From: Eutreptiella sp. 'Long Island Sound 2002'
Lineage: Eukaryota > Protista > Euglenida
Direction of reading: 5' to 3'
Length of the DNA: 64,000 bases
Assembly (NCBI GenBank): GCA_964036045.1
Contig: OZ038378.1
Span: 156,426,001 to 156,490,000, forward strand
Numbering within the stretch: the stretch's first letter is position 1; the number at the start of each line of letters is the position of its first letter. The notes below the pieces were generated by a model, which did no database searches, was not told the DNA's origin, and saw only the letters and a program-made list of their open reading frames with translations. Positions 1 through 10,654 of this stretch are shown in pieces. The position numbers were made by a program, and so were the translations under genes.

Positions 1-354
1 TCCCACTCCCAAGTTCGGCCAGTCGACCCGAGGAGATGGGGACGGCGGCGGGAGCTGGTGGCTGGGCGCGGGCAGCCAGGGCAGCAGAGATGGAAGATAT
101 CAGAGCGAAAAAGAGGGCTGATGAAGACCCAACACAGTGCATCCCCAGCTTAGGCAGGGGGGGGGGGGGGTTCTGCGGTCTCAACCTGGCCCTGGACCTC
201 ACCCTTGGCCTGCAACCATGCATCTAAGATGGTAAGTCGCTGCCGCTTTGGTGCGCCCTCGGAAGAAGGTTTGGGGGCTGGGGCCAAAAGAAACTCAATG
301 CCCCACAAGACACCGTGCGCATGGTACGTGGGTTGCTGGTCTGTTCTGAAAACC

Positions 355-1245
355 TCACCGTCGGGGGGGGGTAACCACCTTTTCCCACGTGCCTGAGGGG
401 GCTTGGTCCCACACCCGCCAGCCGTCCTTTTCCCCGAAAACCTCTACCACATGTGCACCTGTGATGGTGGCTCTGAGGGCGGTGTGAATCGTTGCATGTG
501 GGGACTCGCAGAAGGCATCGTTTATGATAACCCTCAAAACCTCGAACGGAACATGAATAAATGAGAGGGGGGGGAACTGCACGTTGCAGGTAACTACTTT
601 TTTGGACCGCTTCTTGATCTTGGCCTCTTTGAACCAAGTAACTACATCGCTCTGGGTCCACTTTAACTCGCGAATGGTACTGTCCGGGTGTGTGGACAGT
701 ATTGATTTCAAGTACATGTAATGTACACGCAGCCTCTCTTCAGATTCCTCTGCAAAGGTCCGGTCCGTGTTGTATTTCGGATCCGGACCAACAATGCAGA
801 GGTTTGTGTATTGTACACCGTACGAAGTCTCATGTTTGCTGGGGCTTGTCTTGCCCACAGCCTCCCGTGTCGTCAAGACAGGGATTGAAAAATGCTTATG
901 CATAAGCACAGCCAGCAAGTTATCCTTCGGCTGGATGCGGTATGCATCAGGGACGACCCTGTCTAAAAAAACCCTTGGCATTCTGGGTTCAATGGTCTCT
1001 GACGGCTTATGCCGCAGGCACAGTGCTACTAGGGCGTGTTGGAGGCGCGATTGTGTATCACCCGGTTCGGGAACTTCGGTATTGGCTGTGTCCGCGTCAA
1101 TGAGCTCGCCCTCAAGCTGGAAATCTGGTTCCGGGAGCTGCTGAACGGGCTGGGGGGGCTGAGCGGACGAAGAGGAGGCACTAGCGGCACTGCCTTGACT
1201 ATTAGACATGTCTCTTGCAGGTGACAAAAAGTGTTCTGAGCACAA
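355..1245 (-). CDS. Orphan ORF, 296 aa (likely start ATG 1209), unknown function
   Basis: Uninterrupted ORF with a Ser/Gln/Pro-rich N-terminus and a globular-looking C-terminus; no motif recognised. Confidence 0.45.
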   Translation of the reverse strand: MCSEHFLSPARDMSNSQGSAASASSSSAQPPQPVQQLPEPDFQLEGELIDADTANTEVPEPGDTQSRLQHALVALCLRHKPSETIEPRMPRVFLDRVVPDAYRIQPKDNLLAVLMHKHFSIPVLTTREAVGKTSPSKHETSYGVQYTNLCIVGPDPKYNTDRTFAEESEERLRVHYMYLKSILSTHPDSTIRELKWTQSDVVTWFKEAKIKKRSKKVVTCNVQFPPLSFIHVPFEVLRVIINDAFCESPHATIHTALRATITGAHVVEVFGEKDGWRVWDQAPSGTWEKVVTPPRR

Positions 1246-1359
1246 AAATGGAATACATTAGTGAGTCTACTCAAAGGGGCCTAGGTGAGAAAGCGACACA
1301 CATGCAAAAAGAAAACCACAAAAGCAGGCACAAAGCTTCACAAGGCACAAAGGGCAAAT

Positions 1360-1610
1360 ATTCATCAGCTTGAGTACAGTGTTCTCGATGCAAGTTTGTA
1401 GGCAAAGCAGCCACGAAGGATCAAATTGGCATTGCACATGTCAAAAGCAAAAGTCCAAATTCACAAAGGAGCACAAAGGGGAAGCAATCATAAGCTTGAG
1501 CACAGTGTTCTCCGTGCAGTTTTGTAGGCAAAGCACACAAAGGGTAGACAAACATTAGCTTCAACGTGCTGTTCTCCATTGCATCTTGCAGGCAAGGTAG
1601 GCACCAAGCA
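1360..1610. repeat. Three diverged ~55-60 nt repeats (AGCTTGAG..CAGTGTTCTC..TGCA..TTTGTAGGCAAAG)
   Basis: Copies start near 1367, 1493 and 1557. Confidence 0.6.
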
Positions 1611-1639
1611 TCCAACCAAAATTCCACTGCGTTCGGGCT

Positions 1640-2200
1640 AAAACATTTCTTCCGAGCTCCCCCGGCACGGTCGGCTGGGAAGCCCATGGAACATTCCTAC
1701 CGATATTGGTTGCGTTTTGGGACCCGATCTGGCTGCCAAAACTTCCGAGCATCTTTCCAAGGGTTTTCGAAAACTTCCAAGCGACAGACCGTAGTCACAC
1801 CGCTTTACTGGTGCATTGGGATCATTACAACCCCCTATTGCAAGAAGTGAACCTGCAAAGGGTGCCATACAAGCATTCAAACGGGGGACCGCCATTGGAG
1901 GTAGCTCCCACCAAGCCGCATCGCCGTCCACAAGACCAAACACCCGGTTGGTGGGCACATACCGGGCCTCATGCCAATTCCTCAGTATGCCACTGGCAAT
2001 GACTAGGCTGTTCTGGTGTTATTTGTCCCTCTACAGTGGAGCATATGCGGCACCATGTTCGCCAACCGGTCAGGTCATTTACGGAAATTGTGTCCAAAGG
2101 TAAGCTCATAGCGGGAATGGACAAAATGAACGCACGTACGATGAACCGGCTTGAAGGAACCAAACGATTTGGCGTCTATCTCAAACAATCACATACAATC
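1640..2200 (-). pseudogene. Degenerate Kelch-repeat coding fragment
   Basis: SLVIASG...WWELPPMAVPRLNACMAPFAGSLLAIGG fits the Kelch W..lppM..pR......GG pattern; stops and frameshifts on both sides. Confidence 0.65.
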
Positions 2201-2499
2201 ATCGAGCTTGCATCTCATCGTATTTTGCATGAACGATTGCTCAAAGTATGACGACAATGCAAACCCATGCCCAAATATACAAAGCACTGGGTGAATTAAG
2301 CAAAAAACATAAATGAGTCCACAACATGTAAAATTGCTTGAGAAGTTTGACAAGAAATCGGAAAAAGGTGGAAACGCACAGCAGGTTGGCTCTGAGAAAA
2401 TGTATGCTTTCGGCAGACTGTGTGATGACTGGGTGGTCCCAATCCAGATCCAGTAATTCAGATGACGATAACAATAGCATGGGATGATGAGCTTGACCA

Positions 2500-2700
2500 C
2501 CTAACCCAAGCCCTATGACCCCCCTAAAGCAACAACTTGCCTAACCGAATAAATATCTCCGCCGCACACCATGGGGGGTAGAACCTGCCAGAATCTGGAG
2601 GCATGCCGAAATCATTCAACAGAACACACCAAATCGTCTTCAGCCTCGCCCCGAAAACCCACACATCACGACCAACCAGAACTGCACGGCGGCACATGCG
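2500..2700 (+). mobile_element. Diverged fragment of the 5' region of the YR retroelement at 18770-18950, in opposite orientation
   Basis: Translations align: GARLKTIWCVLLNDFGMPPDSGRFYPPWCAA vs GARMKTIMCGPLNGFVMLPQPSRFHPPWCAA. Confidence 0.65.
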
Positions 2701-2730
2701 GCGCTGCTTCAATGCAGGGTAGGGGGTCCA

Positions 2731-3191
2731 GTTTATTTATTTATTGATTGATTATTATTATTATTATTATTTTTTGTTTGCTGACACCTGACTGAGTTCA
2801 AGCCAATTGGCCTACGGTGTGTGTGGGCACCTAGGTATGTACAACATGACTTGGGAAACCTACAGCTTCATGCGGATGAACGATGAGGCATGTGCCTGTA
2901 CATGGGACGCTGTCGGGGGGGGGGGGGGGGATTTGTAGCTACTGTACACTTCATGCAATGGTGTAGGTTGCCACGGATGTGTTGAGCCCACCAAATTCAG
3001 ACTAAGAGAGGAGAGATAAAGAGGGAAGACATGATGCAAGCAGGGAGGAGGCAAGGGGCTTGGTCCAAGGGAAGAGCGTCGAAAAACACACGTTCCCGGG
3101 TGGTCAAGAGGGCGGGCTACTCATCTCTCGGCCCAACATCTCCCCAGCGAATGGGAGACCCATTGAGCTGGACGCCGTCCGTGTGATGGAG
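2731..3191 (-). mobile_element. ~460-bp retroposed element (SINE or 5'-truncated LINE) with (TAA)n/(TAAA)n tail and 15-bp TSD
   Basis: AGGGTAGGGGGTCCA at 2716-2730 and 3192-3206; T/TTA-rich tract at 2732-2775 is an A-rich 3' tail on the minus strand. Confidence 0.75.
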
Positions 3192-4145
3192 AGGGTAGGG
3201 GGTCCAAGTTTTTAGTACAGTGTCTTACATCTCGACAGATCCCCAAACATGGTAGTTGTTATGCCACGCGCAATTGTCTCATTGTTGGTGAGCATTATGG
3301 CCCGCTTGAAGTACACTTCTTTGGTATCCCACCCTTTGATGATGGGACGGGCCCTCTCCAAAACTTCAACAAGATTTCCGATGTGATTCCTAGATGCAAC
3401 AGACATGGCCACCCGATAGGTAAATGTGGTGCAATGGGCTGGTGGTTGTAGGATGGTATCCATGACGACCAGGAGAACAACTCGTCGCAGTGCAGCGCAG
3501 GGCACATGTCGCCCTCAATGAAGTCAACCAAATTGAAGCATTTGGGGTATCCCAGTAGCCTTGGAATCAAAAAACTGCCCCCATTTTAGATGCGAAGGCG
3601 CATTTGCCGCCCGGCGTACCATATAACGCAGTTGACTTGTGACACACCAACCACAATTGCAGGGCCGTGTAAGCGTCACGAAAATGCAGGATGACACGCC
3701 CCACGCCGTCCATGCATGCGTCGTGTAATACATCGGAGGAAATGGTGACACGTGATTTCCACAAAAAGTGTTCAAGACCCTCCCGTGTGTGTCAGGGTGA
3801 ATTGGGGTTGGGGTTCCCACCAATGCCTCGTTTCCGTATGAAACCCTGTGCATTTTGACACGGCTCCCTTTGTGCTTAAATGCTTTCCGTCCTCTTAGCT
3901 ACGAAGCGGCTACGTTTGTGATGGTTCTCTGCAATGATAATGCTGAGTTGAATTCGGGCGGTAATGGTGTCACTCACTCACCAATGACGCAGACGGCTTC
4001 CAAGCTTCTGTTGGAACACATTGGGACTATGGTTGTGTCCGTCACGTCGATGAAAAGTACACTCGACGGTGAGAAAGAAGCATTTCGCTAGAATCTCTGC
4101 ATGATAAACGGCATCAACAGGTTGCAGGGTGGTGGATAGCAGCTC

Positions 4146-4433
4146 ATGTTGGACATTGGTAGTGTATACTTTCATATCGGCCGACCATCACTGACAGCGG
4201 AAACGTCATTCATCCTGGTAGTCTTGGCACATGGAATGTTTGCCTGTAAGGTTGACGAGTACGTGTATCACTTCATTGACTGGGACCCTACACTGTTCCC
4301 GATTGTGGTGGAATATTTTCGAAGAGCATCCGAAGATGAAGCACCATACCCGATCCACCTAGCATCTTGGCATTCTCAAGACAAAACGCCAGTGGAGAGC
4401 CACACAGATGTTTTGGTCGATCCACAAGACTGA
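4146..4433 (+). pseudogene. KCTD-type BTB/POZ (BTB_2) domain fragment
   Basis: LDIGSVYFHIGRPSLTAETSF...GMFACKVDEYVYHFIDWDPTLFPIVVEYFR follows the lNVGG..F.t...TL.....FIDRDp..F..iL.YLR pattern; conserved residues are eroded and a stop lies three codons upstream. Confidence 0.75.
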
Positions 4434-4966
4434 CAAATCAATGGATCGTGCCGGCAAGGCAACCGACTACAACTTGTCTGTGTTTAGCCATCCTGACATT
4501 ATTGATGTAGTCAATTTCTCTCTCTGTTGTGAAAATTTTTGCTGGGTAGTGGGCAGTACATGGTAGCGTCTATTTGCTATCCCTATGGGTGGATCCTTCA
4601 GCGCCGAGTCCGCTCACTAGTATTGCATCTGGTCCTTCCATCTTCTCAAAGCCCGATCTCGTGAGTGGGGCACTTTGTCTACATCATAGGAGGGCTATCG
4701 TGTCTGGCACAGCCCGGCTGGTGGCATCATTGCTCTTGCACAGTTTCGTGACAACGCTGTCGTGGCTTCGTGTGGACATCACACAATGTCGGCTGTGCGC
4801 AAGGTGTGCGCCATTTTAACTCATATATGGAATTTGCATGTCCTTTGCCCTTGTATGAAAAAAAACCAGGCCATCTTTGCACTGAAAGTTGTATGGGGCA
4901 AGGGCTTCGTGCATTAGGTATTTGTATGCATAGGGCTGGTGGCTATGGCACATGTGTCACCCACCC

Positions 4967-5087
4967 TAGTTTTGCTTGTGCCCCCCCCCCCCCCTCGGTG
5001 TCCTGTAGCAAACCACGACACATACCTCAGCCCTGGCACCCCCTTGGCAATTGACTCGCTTCAAATACAAACTCATACACTAAATGG
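4967..5087. repeat. ~120-bp dispersed repeat, copy 1 (copy 2 at 7705-7825)
   Basis: TAGTTTTGCTTG...CACATACCTCAGCCC...CAAACTCATACACTA shared, roughly 80% identical by eye. Confidence 0.8.
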
Positions 5088-5275
5088 GTTTGTTTGGCTC
5101 TAGAAGAGCATGATGGAGCCAGGAGATGGCTCGGTGCCTGGGCAGGCAGAGCCCCTTTTGTTGGCGCGAACAGTACTGTGCGGGCGGGCAAATCGAAGCT
5201 GACTGGCAGCTCACCACAAACATCAACCGTGGACACAAAGGCGCCATGCGGCGATGTCCCGATCTCTCCATGGTG

Positions 5276-7625
5276 TGTGGTGAAACCGAGAAGGGGGTAG
5301 CGGGAACCCCCCCCCCTTCTCGGATTGGGTTGACCCCGACTCCAAACCAAACAAGTGTAGGTGGTCCAATTGGACGGGGGGTGTTTTCATAGCCTGTTGG
5401 GTGCCTACATGTGGAAAATTTTCGGTCCCGTTCTAAACGGCCCAAATGGGCCGTTTTTGTATTTGCCTTCTCGGACCTCCCCGGGGGGTTTCCGGAGGCA
5501 CTTTCTGATTGGGAACCCCTTCTCAAAATTACTTCTCGGCCTACTTTCTGATCAGGAACCCCTTCTCAAAATGACTTCTCGGACCCCCTTCCTGAAATTG
5601 AACATGCACAAGTGGCGCAATAAAAGACACTTCCCTAGGGCCATGTTATTCACTCCTATTCCTCTGTTGCCCTCTCCCTGTCCCGGTGGATGGGCTCCCA
5701 ACACGTTTTAGCCCAACATCCAATCCATACATGTTGAGCAAGTGCCGCATGCCCCTCACGGAGAAACATGGATTCTTCACCGACCACCCCTGGAAACTAT
5801 TATGAATGTGTACTTTATAGGCCGAGTTCCTCCTCTCCGTCGGCACCAAACTAAAGAAGTACATTGCGCGGTACTTCCGCACAAACCATCCAGTATGGCA
5901 CGCCGTCCAATGCACCCATACCGTTGCCTTCCAACCCATCAACTTCCAACATTGCCCCAAATTTTTGGCACATCTCTCGGCTTCCTCAACCTCAACATCC
6001 GAAAGGTAGATCTTTTGCCTCCACAAGTTGTGAAGGTGGGTTAGGGCAAGCAACAAGGTGTGCAGTACGGTGTACACCTTTATTGCCCCATTCGGGGCCT
6101 TACGATTGGGGTAGTATTTCCTGAGTAGGTCAACTACTCTTTGTTGGTATTGTGTGTCATCTAGAAAGACACGCGGACGTTAGGTCAAAGGTGTCCGTCT
6201 TTGTCGGAGGCAAGGCCACAAGGTCCGGTTGAGGGATACTTTGTGAGGCTTGCATCAAGTCGCCCCACACATCCTTTAGGCGGGCAACCACTCCCCGACC
6301 GTCTCCTTCTTGCACCCAAGAGGAGACATCTTGTTGCAACCTCTTTTGGGTTGCATTGCAAAGATAGTCGGTTGCATGGGCATAGTCCCCACCACGCCGG
6401 GGGGCTGGGATGGCCCGGAGGAAGGCCCCCCACCTCACTTGTTCATTAACCCCCTCTACCGGTTCCAACCTGTCATGGTCGTCACACGACCAACACTTTC
6501 CGTGCGGGGAGTTGTTGGCGACCTGCATGCCCTTGCCGTCGCCCGTCATACCCACCTCATACCCCAAAACCGTGCCATCCTCCAAGGGGACATTGCAGTT
6601 CGACTACAAATGTTTAATTTGGGCGTTGAGCCTTGCCTTGGCATCCATTGCACATAGACGACCACGGTCGTCAGTTCCACCCATGACCCAGAACGTTACC
6701 CAATTGTCTGGGTTCCTCGCACTGGCTGGGCCACTAGGCCAAACCCCAACAAACACATCGCAGCGGGTGGCAGCGACCCGTCACAACGGCGTGGCGTCGG
6801 TGCATACCCACACGGGGATCTTGTTCGTGCCCCTTGGGGGGGTGAACACCCCTTGTTCTTGTGCAAGGCGCACTTGCTCACCTACAAGATCCGCCAAGGA
6901 CACCGCAGCCGCCGCACGTTTCTTGCCCCCGTGCCCCGGCACACTCACAGCCACGGCATCGTACAGCGTTGTCGCACGCCTTGCCTCATACAACTCATCA
7001 CGAGTGCACCTTCCAGGCAACCGCAATTTCTGTCGCATAGACAGTTGCACTGCGCGGGCACCGCGCAACACATCAACGGCATATCCATTACCGTGTGAAG
7101 CTGCTGTCATCACCTCCCCTGCATTGTCCATACCGCTACCCACAAGGGAAACCACACCGGTTGGATCCCGCCGAAAAGACACCTCCGGATCCCGGAGGAT
7201 TGCCCGCACCACGCGCTGCACCAGTGCCAGCCGCTCACATTGCACGACTGGCCGAAGTTCAAAAGTAGGGCTTGCGCAGCATTTTGCCAGCCTCATCCTC
7301 AAAGCAGGGCACCATGCGGTCCATCTAGAAAACGCAGGCACACGGTGTCTAAACAGGAAGTGCCCGGAAACCCCGTTTCCCGAACCCCTTTCTGATACGG
7401 AACCCTACAAGGCTCCCCATTTTAGGAACCCCTTTTTGACCTGGAACCCCTTTCCAGATTGATTGAGTTCTCGGGTATTTTTCGGATCCAGAACCCCCTT
7501 AGTTTTCATCCCCCGAACCCCTCAAGTTGTTTTGGGCCCGCTATACCTCGATGGGGGGGGGGGTCCCCGGGAGGCCCATTCTGCGGGGGGGGAGTCCCTG
7601 GTACCAGCTTCTCGGTAGCACCACA
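5276..7625 (-). mobile_element. Decayed DNA transposon with a RAG1/Transib-like DDE transposase
   Basis: Imperfect TIRs TGTGGTGAAACCGAGAAG (5276) and CTTCTCGGTAGCACCACA (7625); GAACCCC(TT) subterminal repeats at 5300-5590 and 7365-7530; no TSD found. Confidence 0.6.
5646..7341 (-). pseudogene. RAG1/Transib-like DDE transposase, ~550 aa; 2 premature stops and at least 1 frameshift
   Basis: Motifs in order: VCTD (D1), GMTGDGK (D2), CWSC, GDYAH, HWTACH (HxxxxH), then E exactly 20 residues later in TERRN. Stops at 6781 and ~6605; frameshift near 6190. Confidence 0.75.
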
Positions 7626-7704
7626 TGTCCCCCCCCCCCTGACCATGGTACTTTGTACTGATGTTGTGTCTTCTATGGCAAAAATAGAGTTATTTGCTTA
7701 ACTT

Positions 7705-7825
7705 TAGTTTTGCTTGCGCCCCCCCCCCCTTCTGGGTGTCCTGGAGCAGACCACCACACATACCTCAGCCCCAGCATCCCCTTGGCCACTGACTCACCTC
7801 AAATGCAAACTCATACACTATATGG
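7705..7825. repeat. ~120-bp dispersed repeat, copy 2; probably the 3' end of the YR retroelement
   Basis: Matches 4967-5087 and lies just downstream of the RNase H on the minus strand. Confidence 0.75.
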
Positions 7826-7949
7826 TAAACCCTCCATGGTTAGATACATACATGAAAAAGGAGGGGAAAGTGGCACGTGGGAAATGCCTTGCAAAAGAAC
7901 CGGGGCACTGAACTCCAAATGAAGCGTCGTACTCACATGCCAGCTGGTA

Positions 7950-9650
7950 ACTCTGCTAATGTAGCATCCTATCTCTATCCGAAACGTGCCCCCAGCACAA
8001 ATGAGCAACATCTGCCTCATACAAACGGACTCGTGCATGTGCCTTGACAATGAGGCGCCGTGGAGACCAATGCTGAAACACCCGGCTGACAAGATCTGCC
8101 GGATTTGCATGTGAATATGCAAAATAGATCTCTACAAGCGCCCCCATCCAGCGCAACTTATGGGCCAGGCGACTGAGAATCCTGTGCTGAGGACAGAGGT
8201 TAGATTTAGCAGGCCCCCACAAAAGCTGGGCAATTGCCCCCACATTGTCCAGAACTAACAGTACATGGGGTTGCGGGGACCGGCGGACCAAGTCAAGAAC
8301 CGCTATAGCACGGAACAGCTCTGCAACCAGCTAGTGAACCACCCAGCTTGGGACACGTCGGACAGTTGGGCCCCTGGGTGACCAGAGGCCAACCACATAG
8401 CGACCTGGGAATGGAGATCCGGAGCTGCATCAGAAAAAATGCGGACAGTGGGGGCCACGAGAAACAGGGTGGGGCTCCCAGCCCCGGGAAGAGGCAGCAA
8501 TGGCCTCTAGAAGGGAGCATACAACAGCAAAAGGGGTGCGGGAAGACCAAAAAGGTCCCTGATTAAGCCAGGGACGGGGACCCGCCAGGAAAGAGCCCAC
8601 AAACGCAGCACGTCTGCCAAGCCACACGATCTTACCCAAGAGCCTTCTCAAGGATTTGCAGTGGTACGGTTTAAGTGGCAAAAGTAACCCCTTAGAAGCG
8701 ACACCCGCGACAAAAGAAGTTGAAGGGTCCATGCGGCCGAATTTAAATTTACACGCTTACCCATCCAGGTGATCAGCTTGGTGGGCTCCAGCTCGCTTTC
8801 GAGGCTGAGAATGTAGCGTGCTTGCTCCAGGGCCGCGGCAGCCCTCCTAGCCATATCGTGGACACCAGGCCGCGGGCCTACAAATAAAATGTGATTCGAA
8901 TATTGGATGATAAGCACCGCCGTGCGCGGTAGGAAAGACATGACACGATCAATGAGATGCTCAACTAAACCTGGCGCTTGATGCCAGCCAAAGAGGACTC
9001 TGACAGCTGCGGACCTGTTTGTACCATCCGCCACCCGGATGCAGTTGATAAGGCTGGGTGGAAGATGGACAGACCAATAGCAATTCTTAAGGTCCAACTT
9101 ACATGCCGACGGATGAGCACAAACAGTACGTAGGGAATGGGCCAGACCCTCAAGAGTGGGAAGGCGGAAACGGCGTGCTTTGTGGGCGCACGAATGGTTA
9201 AAATTAACCATATTGACAATCAAAGCTGCTTTCTCCTGGGATTTATATTTTACAAAGACTTGCGCATTGGCAGGATCGTGCATGGGTGGGAAAAGCCCGT
9301 CATGAAAAAGGGCACGTAACATAGCTGCAGCCTTAGGACAGGCCGTAGGCGGCCGCGAAGGGGCGTTGTGACGTGCTGCCTCAAAAAGGGAGTCTGCCCA
9401 TGTATCCCACAAGTCTGGTGCACCGTGTACCGAACCTGCAGGCCCTATCCCTTTGGCTGCTGTCACCAACGTAACATCATCTTTGGAGCCAAGGTGGGAG
9501 GAAGAAGCAGAGTACGGCGGCCCTGATGTGGCCGATTGGTGCAAAACCGACTCAGCCAAGCTAAGATCTCGGTCAATGTGCGAATCAGGAAAGTGTGGTC
9601 TATCACAAACCCATTGGATCACTTTTCACCACCGGAGATGTAGCAGGTGA
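7950..9650 (-). pseudogene. RT + RNase H of a DIRS/VIPER-type tyrosine-recombinase retrotransposon
   Basis: FVKYK, KLDLKNCYW, VLFGWHQAP, YSNHIL (decayed YxDD), WMGK, LRRLLGKIVW; RNase H motifs VLLVLDN and ANPADLVSR. Confidence 0.85.
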
Positions 9651-10654
9651 CAGGTCTCCACATAAGGCACAGGTTTATGAGATGAGAATAGGCGGGCTGC
9701 TTGGTCGAGATGAGCCGCTCACTGATCGCCGCACTGAGCGCACTTCTCAGGACGCGTGGGCACCCTCGGGGCCGCGAGAGCGGCTGGCGGCACGTTCCCG
9801 TCTGCCTGAGTAGTGTTGGGATCCGACACTGGCACGCGGCGTGGCTTGAGAGCTGCTTTGAGTCAGCATCGGGGTCATACGGGAAGGCGGATTTTTCAAC
9901 GGCGGCCCGCGACGTGGTCGAAGGACCCGGAGAGCTGCAGCTCGCCGTGACAATTGCTTAGACGGCCCAAGTTGCCCGACCCCCCCCCCAAACGCGCCCC
10001 CGACAAAAATGTCGCAGATGATGGTCATCAGAGACACGTCCTACAGGGGGGGACTTTTAGCAACAAGCAGCGCATGTCGGTTTCCGCTCGTTTTTGACTA
10101 CCCCCATATACGTTTTTGGCACTTTGCGCACAACACCAAGTTGAGGCTGGGCCCCGTGAAATATGGGGAAAACAGTCAAATTCTGAGGAGGAACCCCACG
10201 GAATGCATGTGTATATATGCACGGTGCAATCTCACTACACCAGCGGAGGCCCTACTCGTCGACGCATACCATTCTCATCAAAATTTGTTCTGCAGACAGT
10301 GAACTACTGAAGTTTGTCTGGAAAGAGACAGATCTCACCAAAACATGCTGCACAGGGACAATAATCGCAAACAGTTGTCTGGTTCCAGACACACGACGGG
10401 TAACCTGGTGAAAAATTGTTGTATTCCACAACAAGAACTGTGGTCCGCACCCAAATGACATAAAAAAGTGACAAGGGACTGTCAGTCTCGTGTTCGGGAA
10501 GGGAAAAAGGCCAAAACAGGCCACTGGGACCCAGAGCGCAGACTGGCACGGCAACAGGGTGCCACAGTGTTTATATGTTATGAATAGATATCGTGGTCAC
10601 CGAGCAGGCTTACAACAACAGTGTGCAACCAACAGCAACTACAACAGAGCACGT

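Noticed and set aside
4967-7825. 120-bp direct repeats as LTRs of the RAG-like element
   Set aside because: The element has its own internal inverted ends, and copy 2 sits at the 3' end of the YR retroelement.
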